Notes under the pieces: generated by a model
Databases searched by the model: none
Seen by the model: only the letters and a program-made list of their open reading frames with translations
Told to the model about the DNA's origin: nothing
Made by a program: the position numbers and the translations under genes
Origin: Candidatus Bathyarchaeia archaeon
Lineage (GTDB): Archaea > Thermoproteota > Bathyarchaeia > Bathyarchaeales > Bathycorpusculaceae
DNA length: 64,000 nucleotides
Reading direction: 5' to 3'
NCBI GenBank assembly: GCA_038882975.1
Contig: JAVZNE010000002.1
Location: forward strand, 160,001-224,000
Shown: positions 19,397 through 28,420 of the stretch, in pieces
Position numbering within the stretch: the first letter of the stretch is position 1
Layout: every line of letters begins with the position of its first letter

Positions 19397-19708
19397 CTAC
19401 TCTTTCCCTTCCTCTTTTGGTTTTTCTGGTGGTATGTTTCTCTTTACAATATACTCTGGCTCAATAAGCTTTGCGTGTTCAAATGAGTCATAAACATTAG
19501 CTAACCCTATGGCTTTTCGTGTGCCGGTCTTCGTCTCCAACTTTTTAATGAAAACGAGGTTCACGTCGGTTTTCAACAGTTTTGCTATGGCATTTTTCAC
19601 TTCCAATCTCGGAGGGGTGCTCCCGGTCTGGTTGTGGTCCACTTGGAAGACGACTTCTCTACGTTTTAGCAGCGGGTTCACATTTTCAGACAATATTTTA
19701 ACTTCCAT
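19397..19708 (-). CDS. rps24e: 30S ribosomal protein S24e
   Basis: NPLLKRREV, TPPRLEV, ANVYDS, EPEYIVKRN. Confidence 0.95.
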   Translation of the reverse strand: MEVKILSENVNPLLKRREVVFQVDHNQTGSTPPRLEVKNAIAKLLKTDVNLVFIKKLETKTGTRKAIGLANVYDSFEHAKLIEPEYIVKRNIPPEKPKEEGKE

Positions 19709-19753
19709 ACGTTTTCCCTTGTGGTGTCTGACTTGATACCATTTTCCCTTTAT

Positions 19754-20281
19754 TTAGCCTTTCGCAACCTCCATAGCCCTTAATATACTGGCAACCTCTT
19801 CCTTCTTCTGCTTTGTAGCTTTGACAACCACCATGCCCTCATGGGGCTGACCATAAATCACAAAAGAGTTTTCAGGCGCATACAAAATAGCGCACAATGC
19901 CAAAAGGTCTTCCTCACCTTCAACAACAATTTTCGTCTTACGATTAGCCTTCAAGGCTTCTTTAATAGTGTTTAAGGCTTCAAAGGTTATGGTTCCCGGA
20001 GGATTTTTAACATGCTTTTCCACATCCGCGTTTAGCGGCTCTGGAGCTATATCTTTGCGCATAACCCGATTGTCAATAATCATAAGGTTTGGAGAAATCC
20101 CGTTTTCCACAAGGTTTTTTGAGACCGTGTCCCCAACAGAAACTATCCCCGGAGGCTTTTCAACGTCCACAATATGCTTAAACTTTTTAACAGTTTCTTC
20201 AAAGGAGCCTCTGATCAGCATGCCGAGGGGCTTTTTAAGTTTTCTACGAAGAGATGATGGCAACACATAAGCGGTGCTCAT
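19754..20281 (-). CDS. DUF359 GTP-dependent dephospho-CoA kinase
   Basis: LKKPLG, VGDTVS, NPPGTI, VEGEEDLLAL, YGQPHEG. Confidence 0.9.
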   Translation of the reverse strand: MSTAYVLPSSLRRKLKKPLGMLIRGSFEETVKKFKHIVDVEKPPGIVSVGDTVSKNLVENGISPNLMIIDNRVMRKDIAPEPLNADVEKHVKNPPGTITFEALNTIKEALKANRKTKIVVEGEEDLLALCAILYAPENSFVIYGQPHEGMVVVKATKQKKEEVASILRAMEVAKG

Positions 20282-20467
20282 TTATCTGACCTTTAATGCG
20301 TAGCGTCCCTTCTCCTTAATGTTCATCGCCTTTGCAATAGCCGAGCCTTCCGGGTCAAAAATTATCACAAGCCCACTATAATCGTCGCTGAGGGTTGACG
20401 TTTTACACTTTGGACAGACGTTACTGGTTGTTATTGTGTGGCATGTAGTACACGCTTTTTCGCTCAT
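20282..20467 (-). CDS. spt4: Transcription elongation factor Spt4 (RpoE'')
   Basis: ACTTC...CPKC, SGLVIIFDP-SAIA, GRYALKVR. Confidence 0.94.
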   Translation of the reverse strand: MSEKACTTCHTITTSNVCPKCKTSTLSDDYSGLVIIFDPEGSAIAKAMNIKEKGRYALKVR

Positions 20468-21087
20468 TCTTTAGCTTTCTCCTTCTCTTTTTCCTTTTTC
20501 TTTTCAGAAGCCTCTTTTAACTTTTGCAAATCCTGCTCTATCCACTCTAACTTCCCTAAAAAGGGTTGTCTGGCTGTTACACCTATCTTCGCTGAGCCGC
20601 CAACCCTGCCGAGAGAGACGGCTGTTATGCGTACGCGAACTCTGTCGCCTGCTGCTAGCCTTCGGTGGGTCTCCTTGCCTATTAAAACTCCTTGTTTTTC
20701 GTCGTAGGAAATGAAGTCATCCATTAACTGTGAGACATGGAGCAGAGCGTCAACTGGTCCTATGCGAACGAAAGCGCCGAAATCTGCTATTTCAACGACC
20801 TCTCCTTCAACAACTTCTTGGAGCTCGGGATAAAATGTCAAAAGCGAAAAAGTTACCTTATGGTAGGTTGCGCCGTCGCCTGGAATTATTTTCCCTATGG
20901 GGCTTACCTTAACATTTGTTGCGGCGATAACATAGCCCAAAACCTCGTCCACAACCCCTTCATATTTTGCTTTAACTTGTTGGTATCCAACCTCATCCAG
21001 CGGATTACCAAAGGTTTCTGGCGGAATGCGAATAGTATCCTCCATGGTTATGAGCTTAAACAAGGTTACATCCTCCCTCAATTTCAA
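20464..21087 (-). CDS. rpo7: RNA polymerase subunit E' (Rpo7)
   Basis: DTIRIPP, GDGATY, FGAFVRIGPVDALLHVSQ, RQPFLGKLEW; start probably TTG 21063. Confidence 0.95.
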   Translation of the reverse strand: MKLREDVTLFKLITMEDTIRIPPETFGNPLDEVGYQQVKAKYEGVVDEVLGYVIAATNVKVSPIGKIIPGDGATYHKVTFSLLTFYPELQEVVEGEVVEIADFGAFVRIGPVDALLHVSQLMDDFISYDEKQGVLIGKETHRRLAAGDRVRVRITAVSLGRVGGSAKIGVTARQPFLGKLEWIEQDLQKLKEASEKKKEKEKEKAKE

Positions 21088-21526
21088 GCCGGGACTTTTG
21101 CCTCACATAAATAACTGGCACATTTATATCTCTTAACCTCTTCCGAAGCGCTCTATCATTGGTGAAAACGGGGCTTTTCCATTCACTCGCAACCTTCACT
21201 ATGGCGTCGTCCGGAGAACTTTCATATATTTCGCCTAAATCCACAAGCTTACATTTCTTGGCAAGTCCCAGGGCGTATGTTGACTCTTTTCGGGTTTTCG
21301 GCGAACCCTTCGCGGCAAGAGTTTCCAACTCCCTCTTAACTGGTGAAAGCAGTACAAATTCAACATTCCTACTCAAAAGATTTCTCAACTCCTCAAATAT
21401 GTCAATCTTAAACTTTAAAGGTACGAAAAACGCGTTTGAATCCAGGATAACCTTCAACCTCTCTTTTTGGATCCTCTGGCTTTGGTGACATTTCACCTTG
21501 TCATTCCGTATCCTATTAATCGCCAT
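21056..21526 (-). CDS. PIN-domain protein (Fcf1/Utp24-like)
   Basis: VILDSNAF, PVKRELE, DDAIV, FTNDRALR; conserved position after eIF2g. Confidence 0.88.
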   Translation of the reverse strand: MAINRIRNDKVKCHQSQRIQKERLKVILDSNAFFVPLKFKIDIFEELRNLLSRNVEFVLLSPVKRELETLAAKGSPKTRKESTYALGLAKKCKLVDLGEIYESSPDDAIVKVASEWKSPVFTNDRALRKRLRDINVPVIYVRQKSRLEIEGGCNLV

Positions 21527-22743
21527 CTTCCAGCAATCTTCCTACTTATGGCAACCCTCGAACCAGCAAGAGCGCAGACTGGTCTTGTAAGCTTAAGCGT
21601 AGTCGTCTCACCCTTAACCGCAACAACTTTCCCAACAGTTATTGCAGCGCCGACGTGAAGCAACAACGTTTCATCCTTGCTTATGCTGTCCACTTTCGCA
21701 AGCTCCTTAGTTCCCACAGCCCGCTCAAGAATATACGTTTCTAAATTAAGCTCCGTAAGAATCTGCGGAAGCATTCCCGCCTTCCCAACAATATTTCCAG
21801 TCAAACCGTCAGCCTTAGAAAGCGAAGGGTCTAAGAGGGTGCCAACACCGACTAAACCACCGCAGTGGGCTTCCTTTACGTTTCTCCCGCCCGCGTGTAA
21901 GCTGGTGATTTCGCTAAAAAGGGGCTTATAGACACTTTTGCCCTCTTCTTCAACGCTTATTCCTGGGCGAAGCTCTATCTCATCCCCAACGGCAAACTTT
22001 CCGTGCAAAATTGTCCCACCTATAACCCCGCCCCTAAGTCTTTCTATTGGAGTGCCCGGCTTATTAACATCGAAGGATCGCACAACATACATTAATGGCT
22101 GTTTTGTCTCGTCCCTTTTAGGAGTCGGAATGAACTCCTCCATAGCTTGGATTAGGGCGTCTATGTTTACGCCCCGCTGGGCTGAAACCGGAATTATTGG
22201 AGCGTTTTCGGCAACTGTTCCTTTAACAAAATTTTTAATCTCCTCATAGCTTTTCCGAGCCCTCTCCTCAGTCACAATGTCAATCTTGTTTTGCGCAATT
22301 ATGATGTTCTTAATCCCAATAATTTCCGCAGCAGCCAAATGCTCTCTTGTCTGTGGTTGGGGACAAGGCTCATCAGCAGCAATAACCAGTATCGCCCCAT
22401 CCATTATCGCTGCTCCAGAAAGCATCGTAGCCATCAAAGCCTCATGCCCCGGCGCGTCAACAAAGCTTACGGCTCTGATAAAAGCTGTTTCAGAACCACA
22501 GTGGGGGCAAACCGGCTCTTTTGAATAGTTTTTCGGCGGTTCACATTTTGGGCACTTGTAGACCGGCATGTCCGCGTAGCCCAACTTTATTGTTATGCCC
22601 CGCTTAAGCTCCTCGCTGTGCCTAGCAGCCCAAATACCAGTTAAAGCCTGCACCAAAGTTGTTTTACCATGGTCAACATGCCCTATCGTACCAATGTTTA
22701 TTTCCGGCTGCCGCGGCAAGACGACGGTCTTTTCTTCGCTCAT
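21493..22743 (-). CDS. eif2g: Translation initiation factor 2 subunit gamma
   Basis: GHVDHGKTT, RGITIKLGYA, DAPGHE, QTREH, NKID. Confidence 0.97.
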   Translation of the reverse strand: MSEEKTVVLPRQPEINIGTIGHVDHGKTTLVQALTGIWAARHSEELKRGITIKLGYADMPVYKCPKCEPPKNYSKEPVCPHCGSETAFIRAVSFVDAPGHEALMATMLSGAAIMDGAILVIAADEPCPQPQTREHLAAAEIIGIKNIIIAQNKIDIVTEERARKSYEEIKNFVKGTVAENAPIIPVSAQRGVNIDALIQAMEEFIPTPKRDETKQPLMYVVRSFDVNKPGTPIERLRGGVIGGTILHGKFAVGDEIELRPGISVEEEGKSVYKPLFSEITSLHAGGRNVKEAHCGGLVGVGTLLDPSLSKADGLTGNIVGKAGMLPQILTELNLETYILERAVGTKELAKVDSISKDETLLLHVGAAITVGKVVAVKGETTTLKLTRPVCALAGSRVAISRKIAGRWRLIGYGMTR

Positions 22744-22826
22744 TTTCTTTATTTTCCCTTCACAACTACAATCATTGAAGGATGTTACCCTACAAGCTAA
22801 TAAACGTTAAGCACACCATTCGTGTT

Positions 22827-23237
22827 TCAAGCTTTTTCCTCTTTGGTCAGCTGAGGCTTTTCCTTTGCCTCTCCAACCTTTTTACCCTTAAGCTTTTCAA
22901 CCACTTTCATGTTCACCTGAACAATCTCATCAGTGATAACGTTTCCACGAACCCTCTTTCGCCTCCGTTCCCCCTCATTCTGCGGGTTAAAGCCAACGCC
23001 GCCGCTTAAAACAACGCTTCTCCGCACCCCCCCATGCACATTAGGTCTCATTGGAAAACCATCCTTATCCGAACCGCCAGTAATCTGCACTTTAAAACCC
23101 GGCAAGCCGACAACCGAGCCGTCTATAACATCGCCTATCTTCTTCCCAATCAATGGAACCGCCCGTGCATCTTCCAACTCTACAGTTTTTGAAGTTCCAT
23201 CTTCTGGGTCCGACACTATAACCTTGAATTTAGCCAT
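22827..23237 (-). CDS. rps6e: 30S ribosomal protein S6e
   Basis: ITGGSDKDGFPMR, GERRRKRVRGN. Confidence 0.96.
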   Translation of the reverse strand: MAKFKVIVSDPEDGTSKTVELEDARAVPLIGKKIGDVIDGSVVGLPGFKVQITGGSDKDGFPMRPNVHGGVRRSVVLSGGVGFNPQNEGERRRKRVRGNVITDEIVQVNMKVVEKLKGKKVGEAKEKPQLTKEEKA

Positions 23238-23377
23238 CGGCGCTTACTCTCCAGCGGAGATTATGAAGTTAAATCTCCTAATTATTAAGGGTTATGTGAA
23301 AACGTTGACTGTGATATAGCTTCAAGTTTTACTGAAGGCAAAAGTTTTTAATTTTGACCTTACGTTGTTCACCGTCT

Positions 23378-24565
23378 ATGTGGCGTCTAGGATTCCTGTT
23401 TCATGAAATGGCTTTTGGTCTCTTTCCGTTTTCCTTCCCCTCTATATCATAAGTATTGGCGGGTCATTGCTTGACATAGGAGTGATGACCTTCATCGCCT
23501 CGCTCATGTCTATTCCAGCATTCTTCTTTTGGGGTTACATGTGCGACAAAACGCACCATTATAAACGTTACATCCTAGTTTCTTTTTTATCCACCTCTCT
23601 TCTGTTGTATCTTTTAACCCTTTCAACAAATGTAAGCGTTCTCATAATTTTGTATGTAATTATGGCGGTTTTTCACGCTGCCCACGAACCACCCAAAAAC
23701 GTTCTCATAGCCGAATACTATCCAAGAGAGAAGTAGGAAAGGACCTACGCCATTTATGAAGCGCTAACTGAAATTGGCTGGATAACCGGGCTCTGCATTG
23801 GAATTTTCATAGCCTCTTCAGCAGGTCTTAACGCAAAGATAACATTGCTGATCTGCAGCGGTTCAAATTTCTTGGCTTTCTTTCTCTCCATGTTCTTGAT
23901 TGCAGACCCAATCATAATTTTTGAAAGAGGCTTGGTAAATATAGAAAAGAGCGTTGACCTCACTCATAAGGGTGTGACTTTAGCATCAAAAATTTTGGAA
24001 GGCTTTTCTGTTCGTATGCGCCTTAAAATGGAGAACTTCTACGCTTTCTGTGGAGGATTAGCACTTTTCTCCTTAGCCACAAACATTTTGTTCACACCCT
24101 TACCAGTCTTTTTCTCTAAAGATTTGAACCTACCCGCCAGCATGATTTACGCCATATATGTTTCAAACTCGACCGCGAGCGCCATTGGCTATTCCTTCGC
24201 ATGCAGTGAACTTGAACAGCACAAAGAAAGAATGCGCCTGCAAAAATAGTTTTAGTGAGAAGTCTCTTAGCCTTTCTTTTGGCTTGTTTTGCCGCTTTAA
24301 GATTTGGCACAGCAATAGCTGCTACACTAATTTTAACTTTAATGGGTTTCGCTTACCCCTATACCATGTTTCTGTACTCTCCTTGTCAATGGAGCCTATA
24401 CCCTCTGGGAAGGCAGGCTTATTTGATGTCCTCGTAAGTATAGGCAGCGCCATAGGGGCTTTCACAGGTCCACTTATTGCCCAATTGTTAGGTTTCACCC
24501 ATGTATTCTTGTTTTCAGGGATAGCTTTCCTCCCCGCCTACGCATTGTTTAAGGCATACTATTAA
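23378..24565 (+). pseudogene. MFS transporter pseudogene
   Basis: Hydrophobic MFS-like segments across three frames. ATG 23378 (MWRLGFLFHEMAFG), frameshift ~23420, in-frame TAG 23734-36, frameshifts ~24245 and ~24358. Confidence 0.85.
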
Positions 24566-24580
24566 AATAAGAGGTATCGC

Positions 24581-26038
24581 CTATTCCACGTGGACTCTGT
24601 AGACATCTATGTCCTCCCGCATTTCAGGCGTTAACTCTAGGAACTCCCTCACAGACCTTTCAACATCCTTTGACTGTGTTACATAGCGCCCGACAACAAC
24701 TATGTCGGCGCCCTTCTCCAACGCCTCCTTTGCAGTTTCTGGAATTATCCCACCAGCCACCGCGATAAGGAACCTCTTATCCTTAAATGTCTGCCTAAGC
24801 TCTTGAATAAGCTCCAAACCAATGGTTTTTCCAGTCTCTTCATCTATACCCCTATGAATAACGACAACGTCCGGAAAATCTCTAAGGGTTTTCAGCTTCT
24901 TAACGGGGTCTTCAACGTTGAGCATGTCAACAGCTGCGTAAATCCCAAGTCTTTTCGCCTCATAAATAAAGGCGTCAAGGGTTTCGGTAGGCGCCAAACC
25001 AGCGGCTATAACACCGTCGGCTGTTTCCTCATATGCAATGTCCACTTCCACCTTTCCAACGTCAAGAGTTTTCAAATCCGCCATGAAAAATATGTCTCTG
25101 GCAACTTCTCTAAGCTCGCTTATCACTTTAGTGCCATAACGCTTTATGAGCGGCGTACCAGCCTCCAAAATTATTCTGTCGCTTCTCGGAATCTGCATAA
25201 TAATCTTCTTTGTCCGCTCTAGGTCAGGTATGTCAAGGGAAATCTGCAGGTACGGCGGTCTCCATAGGCGTGGCACCCTATAACCAAGCATTGGATGCTT
25301 GGCCCTATCCTTATCATAGAAAACCTTCTCCAGCGAGGGATACCTAGCCATAGCCCTTTTTAATGCCAACTTTGTTGCACTATAATTGTAATGGTATATT
25401 TTCCGGTGGTCACTCGCCTTCGGATGGACAAAAACGCTGCAAACCACAACCCAGTCGTCAACCTTATCTTTTGGAATTATGCCCTCCTCAACGGCATCAG
25501 CAATAGCCTTAGCAACAGCCGCCTGAGCAGGACCAAAAACCTTGCTGGCATCCTCAAGATTCTTAACAGTCACCTTAGGCACAAGCAAAGTATGCGGCTT
25601 AGGCGGAAGGTTAGGCCTAATAACCGCCAAAAGCGGCGTATGCCCCATAGAAAGATGAGCCAAACCATTTGCAAAAGCCTCGCCAACAGGGCCATCCTTG
25701 TCGCCTATCAAGAGGTCTATATGAGCAACCTCATTCCCCTCTCCGACAAAAGCCTCACCAATAAGGTACGTGTATCCCCTAGAAGGTTGTCGAACACCCG
25801 ACACCTCAACAGCCGAAACGCCAGCGACAACTTCGCCAAAATCGACATTAAACTCCCTAAGCCAAGAATAAAGGGTATCCCTATGAATCCCTAAAATCTT
25901 AGCAGTTCCAGAAACCGTTGGCTTCGCAGGCTTTCTCGACAAAAGACTGCGAGCTTCCACCTCCTTCCTAGCGGCATCCGTCAAAATCCTGACGAACTCT
26001 TCACGAGTTTCGGGCTTCTTAAAGTCTCTTTCCGACAT
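24581..26038 (-). CDS. fae-hps: Bifunctional formaldehyde-activating enzyme / 3-hexulose-6-phosphate synthase with an extra N-terminal HTH
   Basis: Fae: GEAFVGEGNEVAHIDLLIG, FGPAQAAVAKA. Hps: LEAGTPLIK, ADLKTLDVG, HRGID, AVAGGI. ATG 26038 (ORF from TTG 26053). Confidence 0.93.
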   Translation of the reverse strand: MSERDFKKPETREEFVRILTDAARKEVEARSLLSRKPAKPTVSGTAKILGIHRDTLYSWLREFNVDFGEVVAGVSAVEVSGVRQPSRGYTYLIGEAFVGEGNEVAHIDLLIGDKDGPVGEAFANGLAHLSMGHTPLLAVIRPNLPPKPHTLLVPKVTVKNLEDASKVFGPAQAAVAKAIADAVEEGIIPKDKVDDWVVVCSVFVHPKASDHRKIYHYNYSATKLALKRAMARYPSLEKVFYDKDRAKHPMLGYRVPRLWRPPYLQISLDIPDLERTKKIIMQIPRSDRIILEAGTPLIKRYGTKVISELREVARDIFFMADLKTLDVGKVEVDIAYEETADGVIAAGLAPTETLDAFIYEAKRLGIYAAVDMLNVEDPVKKLKTLRDFPDVVVIHRGIDEETGKTIGLELIQELRQTFKDKRFLIAVAGGIIPETAKEALEKGADIVVVGRYVTQSKDVERSVREFLELTPEMREDIDVYRVHVE

Positions 26039-26169
26039 ATACCAATTCTCCAAAAATATTTCCGTCGAAGTGTTATTTAAGTCTGTCGGATTATTTACTT
26101 ATTTACGCAACTTTTGAGCTACTAGAAGCTTATAGTGCCGGATATTAATGTTTTATAAGAAGCGTCGTG

Positions 26170-26247
26170 TGGTGCTCCGGCCGGGATTTGAACCCGGGTC
26201 CGCGGCTCGAGAGGCCGCTATACTTGACCGGACTATACTACCGGAGC
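26170..26247 (-). tRNA. tRNA-Glu(CTC), intronless, CCA encoded
   Basis: Reverse complement GCTCCGG...GCGGC CT CTC GA GCCGC...GGTTCAAATCC...CCGGAGC ACCA folds to a cloverleaf. Confidence 0.95.
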
Positions 26248-26279
26248 CTTCTGCTAAATATATTCAATGTGGGCTGTAT

Positions 26280-26651
26280 TTAATTTGCTTTCCTCTTATC
26301 CTTTTCTTCTTTCCTTTTAAGTTTTAGTTCTTCAACTGCGTGTGCTTTTTGTAGTTGTTTCATGTACCATGCTCTTTCTCTTGCGTAGTGGATGCTTAGG
26401 GCTATGCCTAGAATTAGGAGGACTAGGCCTGTTAGTGTTAGGGATAAGCCCAAAAGGCTGTAGGGATGCGATGTTAAATGGTATGGTATTATTAGGAACC
26501 ATTTTGGGTTTTCAACTGTTATGACGGTTTCTAGGAGGCCTCCGACGAAGAATATTGAGCCTATTATGATTATTAGGTATCCAATAGTCTCGTTGTGTCT
26601 TGATTCTTCAGCCTTTTCATGGAGGTATTCGCTGAAAAGCATCAAATCCAC
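26280..26651 (-). CDS. Small two-TM membrane protein
   Basis: Two hydrophobic helices and a basic tail. Confidence 0.7.
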   Translation of the reverse strand: MDLMLFSEYLHEKAEESRHNETIGYLIIIIGSIFFVGGLLETVITVENPKWFLIIPYHLTSHPYSLLGLSLTLTGLVLLILGIALSIHYARERAWYMKQLQKAHAVEELKLKRKEEKDKRKAN

Positions 26652-26803
26652 GATTTGTGGCGTGGGGTGGATGGCTATAAATGTTATTTTTGATTCCGAA
26701 TTCTAGGCTTTTGACCAGCGATTGATGGTTAGTAAGGGTTTAGAAAAGTCTATATGTGCAGAATTATTGTTTAGTTTGTTTATGCAGCGGCTAAAGTGAT
26801 TAG

Positions 26804-27466
26804 ATGCCTTTCAAGGACGAGTGCAAGCTGTGTGGAAGGGTTCTACCGTACAATTATCTTAGGCACTGTTGGAGATGTGGCAAGCTTTTCTGCATAGACT
26901 GCATGGTTCCTGAAGTGTCAACAGGAGACGCTTCAAGGCTGCTTTGCCTTAACTGTGCTAGGAAGATTGTTTCTCCAAAGCCTAGAGCCAAATACGAGTC
27001 TCTTAAGGGCTATTTGAAGTTTAGGGCTGCTTTCACGGACTTTGTTAAGCTTTCCTTCGCTCAAATAGACGGGATTATTGGGGACAATCTTCCCATGGAG
27101 GCTTTTCGCTCTGAAGAATGGTGGGCAAACTCGCCTGATAAAGTGCATGCACGGGCTTGGCTTGACGCCGGATGGGAAGCCAGCGAAGTAAACCTAAAGG
27201 GAGGGTATGTAATCTTCCGAAAAGTGAAAAGTCCTCAAGGTATAGCTCTTCCAAAGAAGAGGGATTTTGAGAAGCCTAAAAAGCCGTTTACACCGCCGCC
27301 CTCAAGAATTATGCACCACAAAAAGCCTTCGAAAACGAAAATTGCAAAGCTTTACGCTAGGCTGAAGAACTTGGAAAGGCAGAGGACTGCCACGCAAAAG
27401 CTTAGGGGTAGCTTCAAACCAAAACCGGCACAGGAAAAGCGGGTTTTCAAGCAGAAAACTGGGTGA
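26804..27466 (+). CDS. Cys-rich Zn-finger protein with a DUF7662-like domain and basic tail
   Basis: Four CxxC pairs, then KYESL..YL...LSFAQID.IIG..LP...WWAN...AWLDAGW. Confidence 0.7.
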   Translation: MPFKDECKLCGRVLPYNYLRHCWRCGKLFCIDCMVPEVSTGDASRLLCLNCARKIVSPKPRAKYESLKGYLKFRAAFTDFVKLSFAQIDGIIGDNLPMEAFRSEEWWANSPDKVHARAWLDAGWEASEVNLKGGYVIFRKVKSPQGIALPKKRDFEKPKKPFTPPPSRIMHHKKPSKTKIAKLYARLKNLERQRTATQKLRGSFKPKPAQEKRVFKQKTG

Positions 27467-27506
27467 AGAATTTTTATCTACCCGTTTTGAATTTAGAAAG
27501 TGTTGT

Positions 27507-27616
27507 GCGGCCGTCGTCTAGTCTGGTTAGGACACAGACGCTGTAAAGCGCTTTACAGCATGTGTGGAAGCCTTCCAAGCCTGCGATCCCGGGTTCGAAT
27601 CCCGGCGGCCGCACCA
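27507..27616 (+). tRNA. tRNA-Gly(TCC) with a 32-nt non-canonical intron (27538-27569, position 29/30)
   Basis: GCGGCCG acceptor stem, GGTTCGAATCC T-arm and CCA. Removing the insert restores the CAGGC/GCCTG stem around the CT-TCC-AA loop. Confidence 0.92.
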
Positions 27617-27657
27617 ATAGCTTCTGTAAAAAGGATTTACTGGCAGTTATAGAATTT

Positions 27658-27767
27658 TGGCGGGCCCGCGGGGATTTGAACCCCGGTTCTCCGGCTCCGG
27701 AGGCTTGCGCACATGCATGTTTGTACATGCACATTCGGCGCCTTAATCCATACTTGGCCACGGGCCC
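27658..27767 (-). tRNA. tRNA-Arg(CCG) with a 31-nt non-canonical intron (27705-27735, position 29/30)
   Basis: GGGCCCG acceptor stem, GGTTCAAATCC and CCA. Splicing restores the CCGGC/GCCGG stem around CT-CCG-GA; bulge-helix-bulge with a GCGC/GCGC central helix. Confidence 0.92.
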
Positions 27768-27815
27768 CCAATGGATATGTTAGCACCTCGCCGGAATTAT
27801 TTGTTGTTGTGTTGG

Positions 27816-28316
27816 CTAGATTTCTATTAGTTCTTCGTTTATCCACCATGCCTTTTTCTTTCCGCCCTTTTCTCCTGGATAATATTCGATTATGGGTTTG
27901 CCCAGCTGTTTTTTTGAAGCCTTTTCTATTCTTCTTAGGCGGTTTAGGATTAGCCATCTATTTGTTTTTGTGTATTGGGCTAGTTCTGGTGTTGTTGCGC
28001 CTTTATAGTGCATTAGGTAGTCGATTATTTTGTGGTCTAGTTCGTCTATGCAGAAGGTGTGTGGGTTTGTTTTGCCCCTCTCGTAAGTGAGCAGTTCCAA
28101 ATCTGCGAGGTATTTCCTTATCTGGGAGAATTCAGCCTCAAGCTTTTCCAGCCGCCTTTCCAATTCGAGAATTTTGTCTGGTTTAGGCGTTTTTTGGAGT
28201 TTTTCTATTATGGCGTCTCTTATGAAGTTGCTTCTTTCGCCTTCTGGGACGCGTAAGAGCAACTCTTTGTAAACCTCTTCGGGGATTTTTACTGAGATTA
28301 CTTTTAACTCGTTCAT
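27816..28316 (-). CDS. Ribbon-helix-helix + coiled-coil + winged-HTH transcriptional regulator
   Basis: VISVKIPEEVY...RSNFIRDAIIEKL (CopG-like RHH); DELDHKIIDYL...TTPELA...RLRRI (wHTH). Confidence 0.78.
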   Translation of the reverse strand: MNELKVISVKIPEEVYKELLLRVPEGERSNFIRDAIIEKLQKTPKPDKILELERRLEKLEAEFSQIRKYLADLELLTYERGKTNPHTFCIDELDHKIIDYLMHYKGATTPELAQYTKTNRWLILNRLRRIEKASKKQLGKPIIEYYPGEKGGKKKAWWINEELIEI

Positions 28317-28420
28317 AGGCTTGTGCGCCCTTTTATGTTGCTGTTTTCTATTTCTTTCGGAAATCTTTTAAAAGCTAGAGGGTAAACTCTAGACCGAGTT
28401 CCGAATCAAAGTGGTATGTT

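Noticed and set aside
23734-23736. In-frame TAG in the MFS gene as pyrrolysine or other read-through
   Set aside because: The same gene has three frameshifts, the codon is one change from TGG, and no pyl genes are visible
26248-27506. Integrated element between tRNA-Glu and tRNA-Gly
   Set aside because: No integrase and no duplicated tRNA end (att site) seen; both tRNAs point away from the segment
27474-28090. Short ORFs overlapping the tRNA pair
   Set aside because: Explained by the tRNA genes and the antisense strand of the regulator
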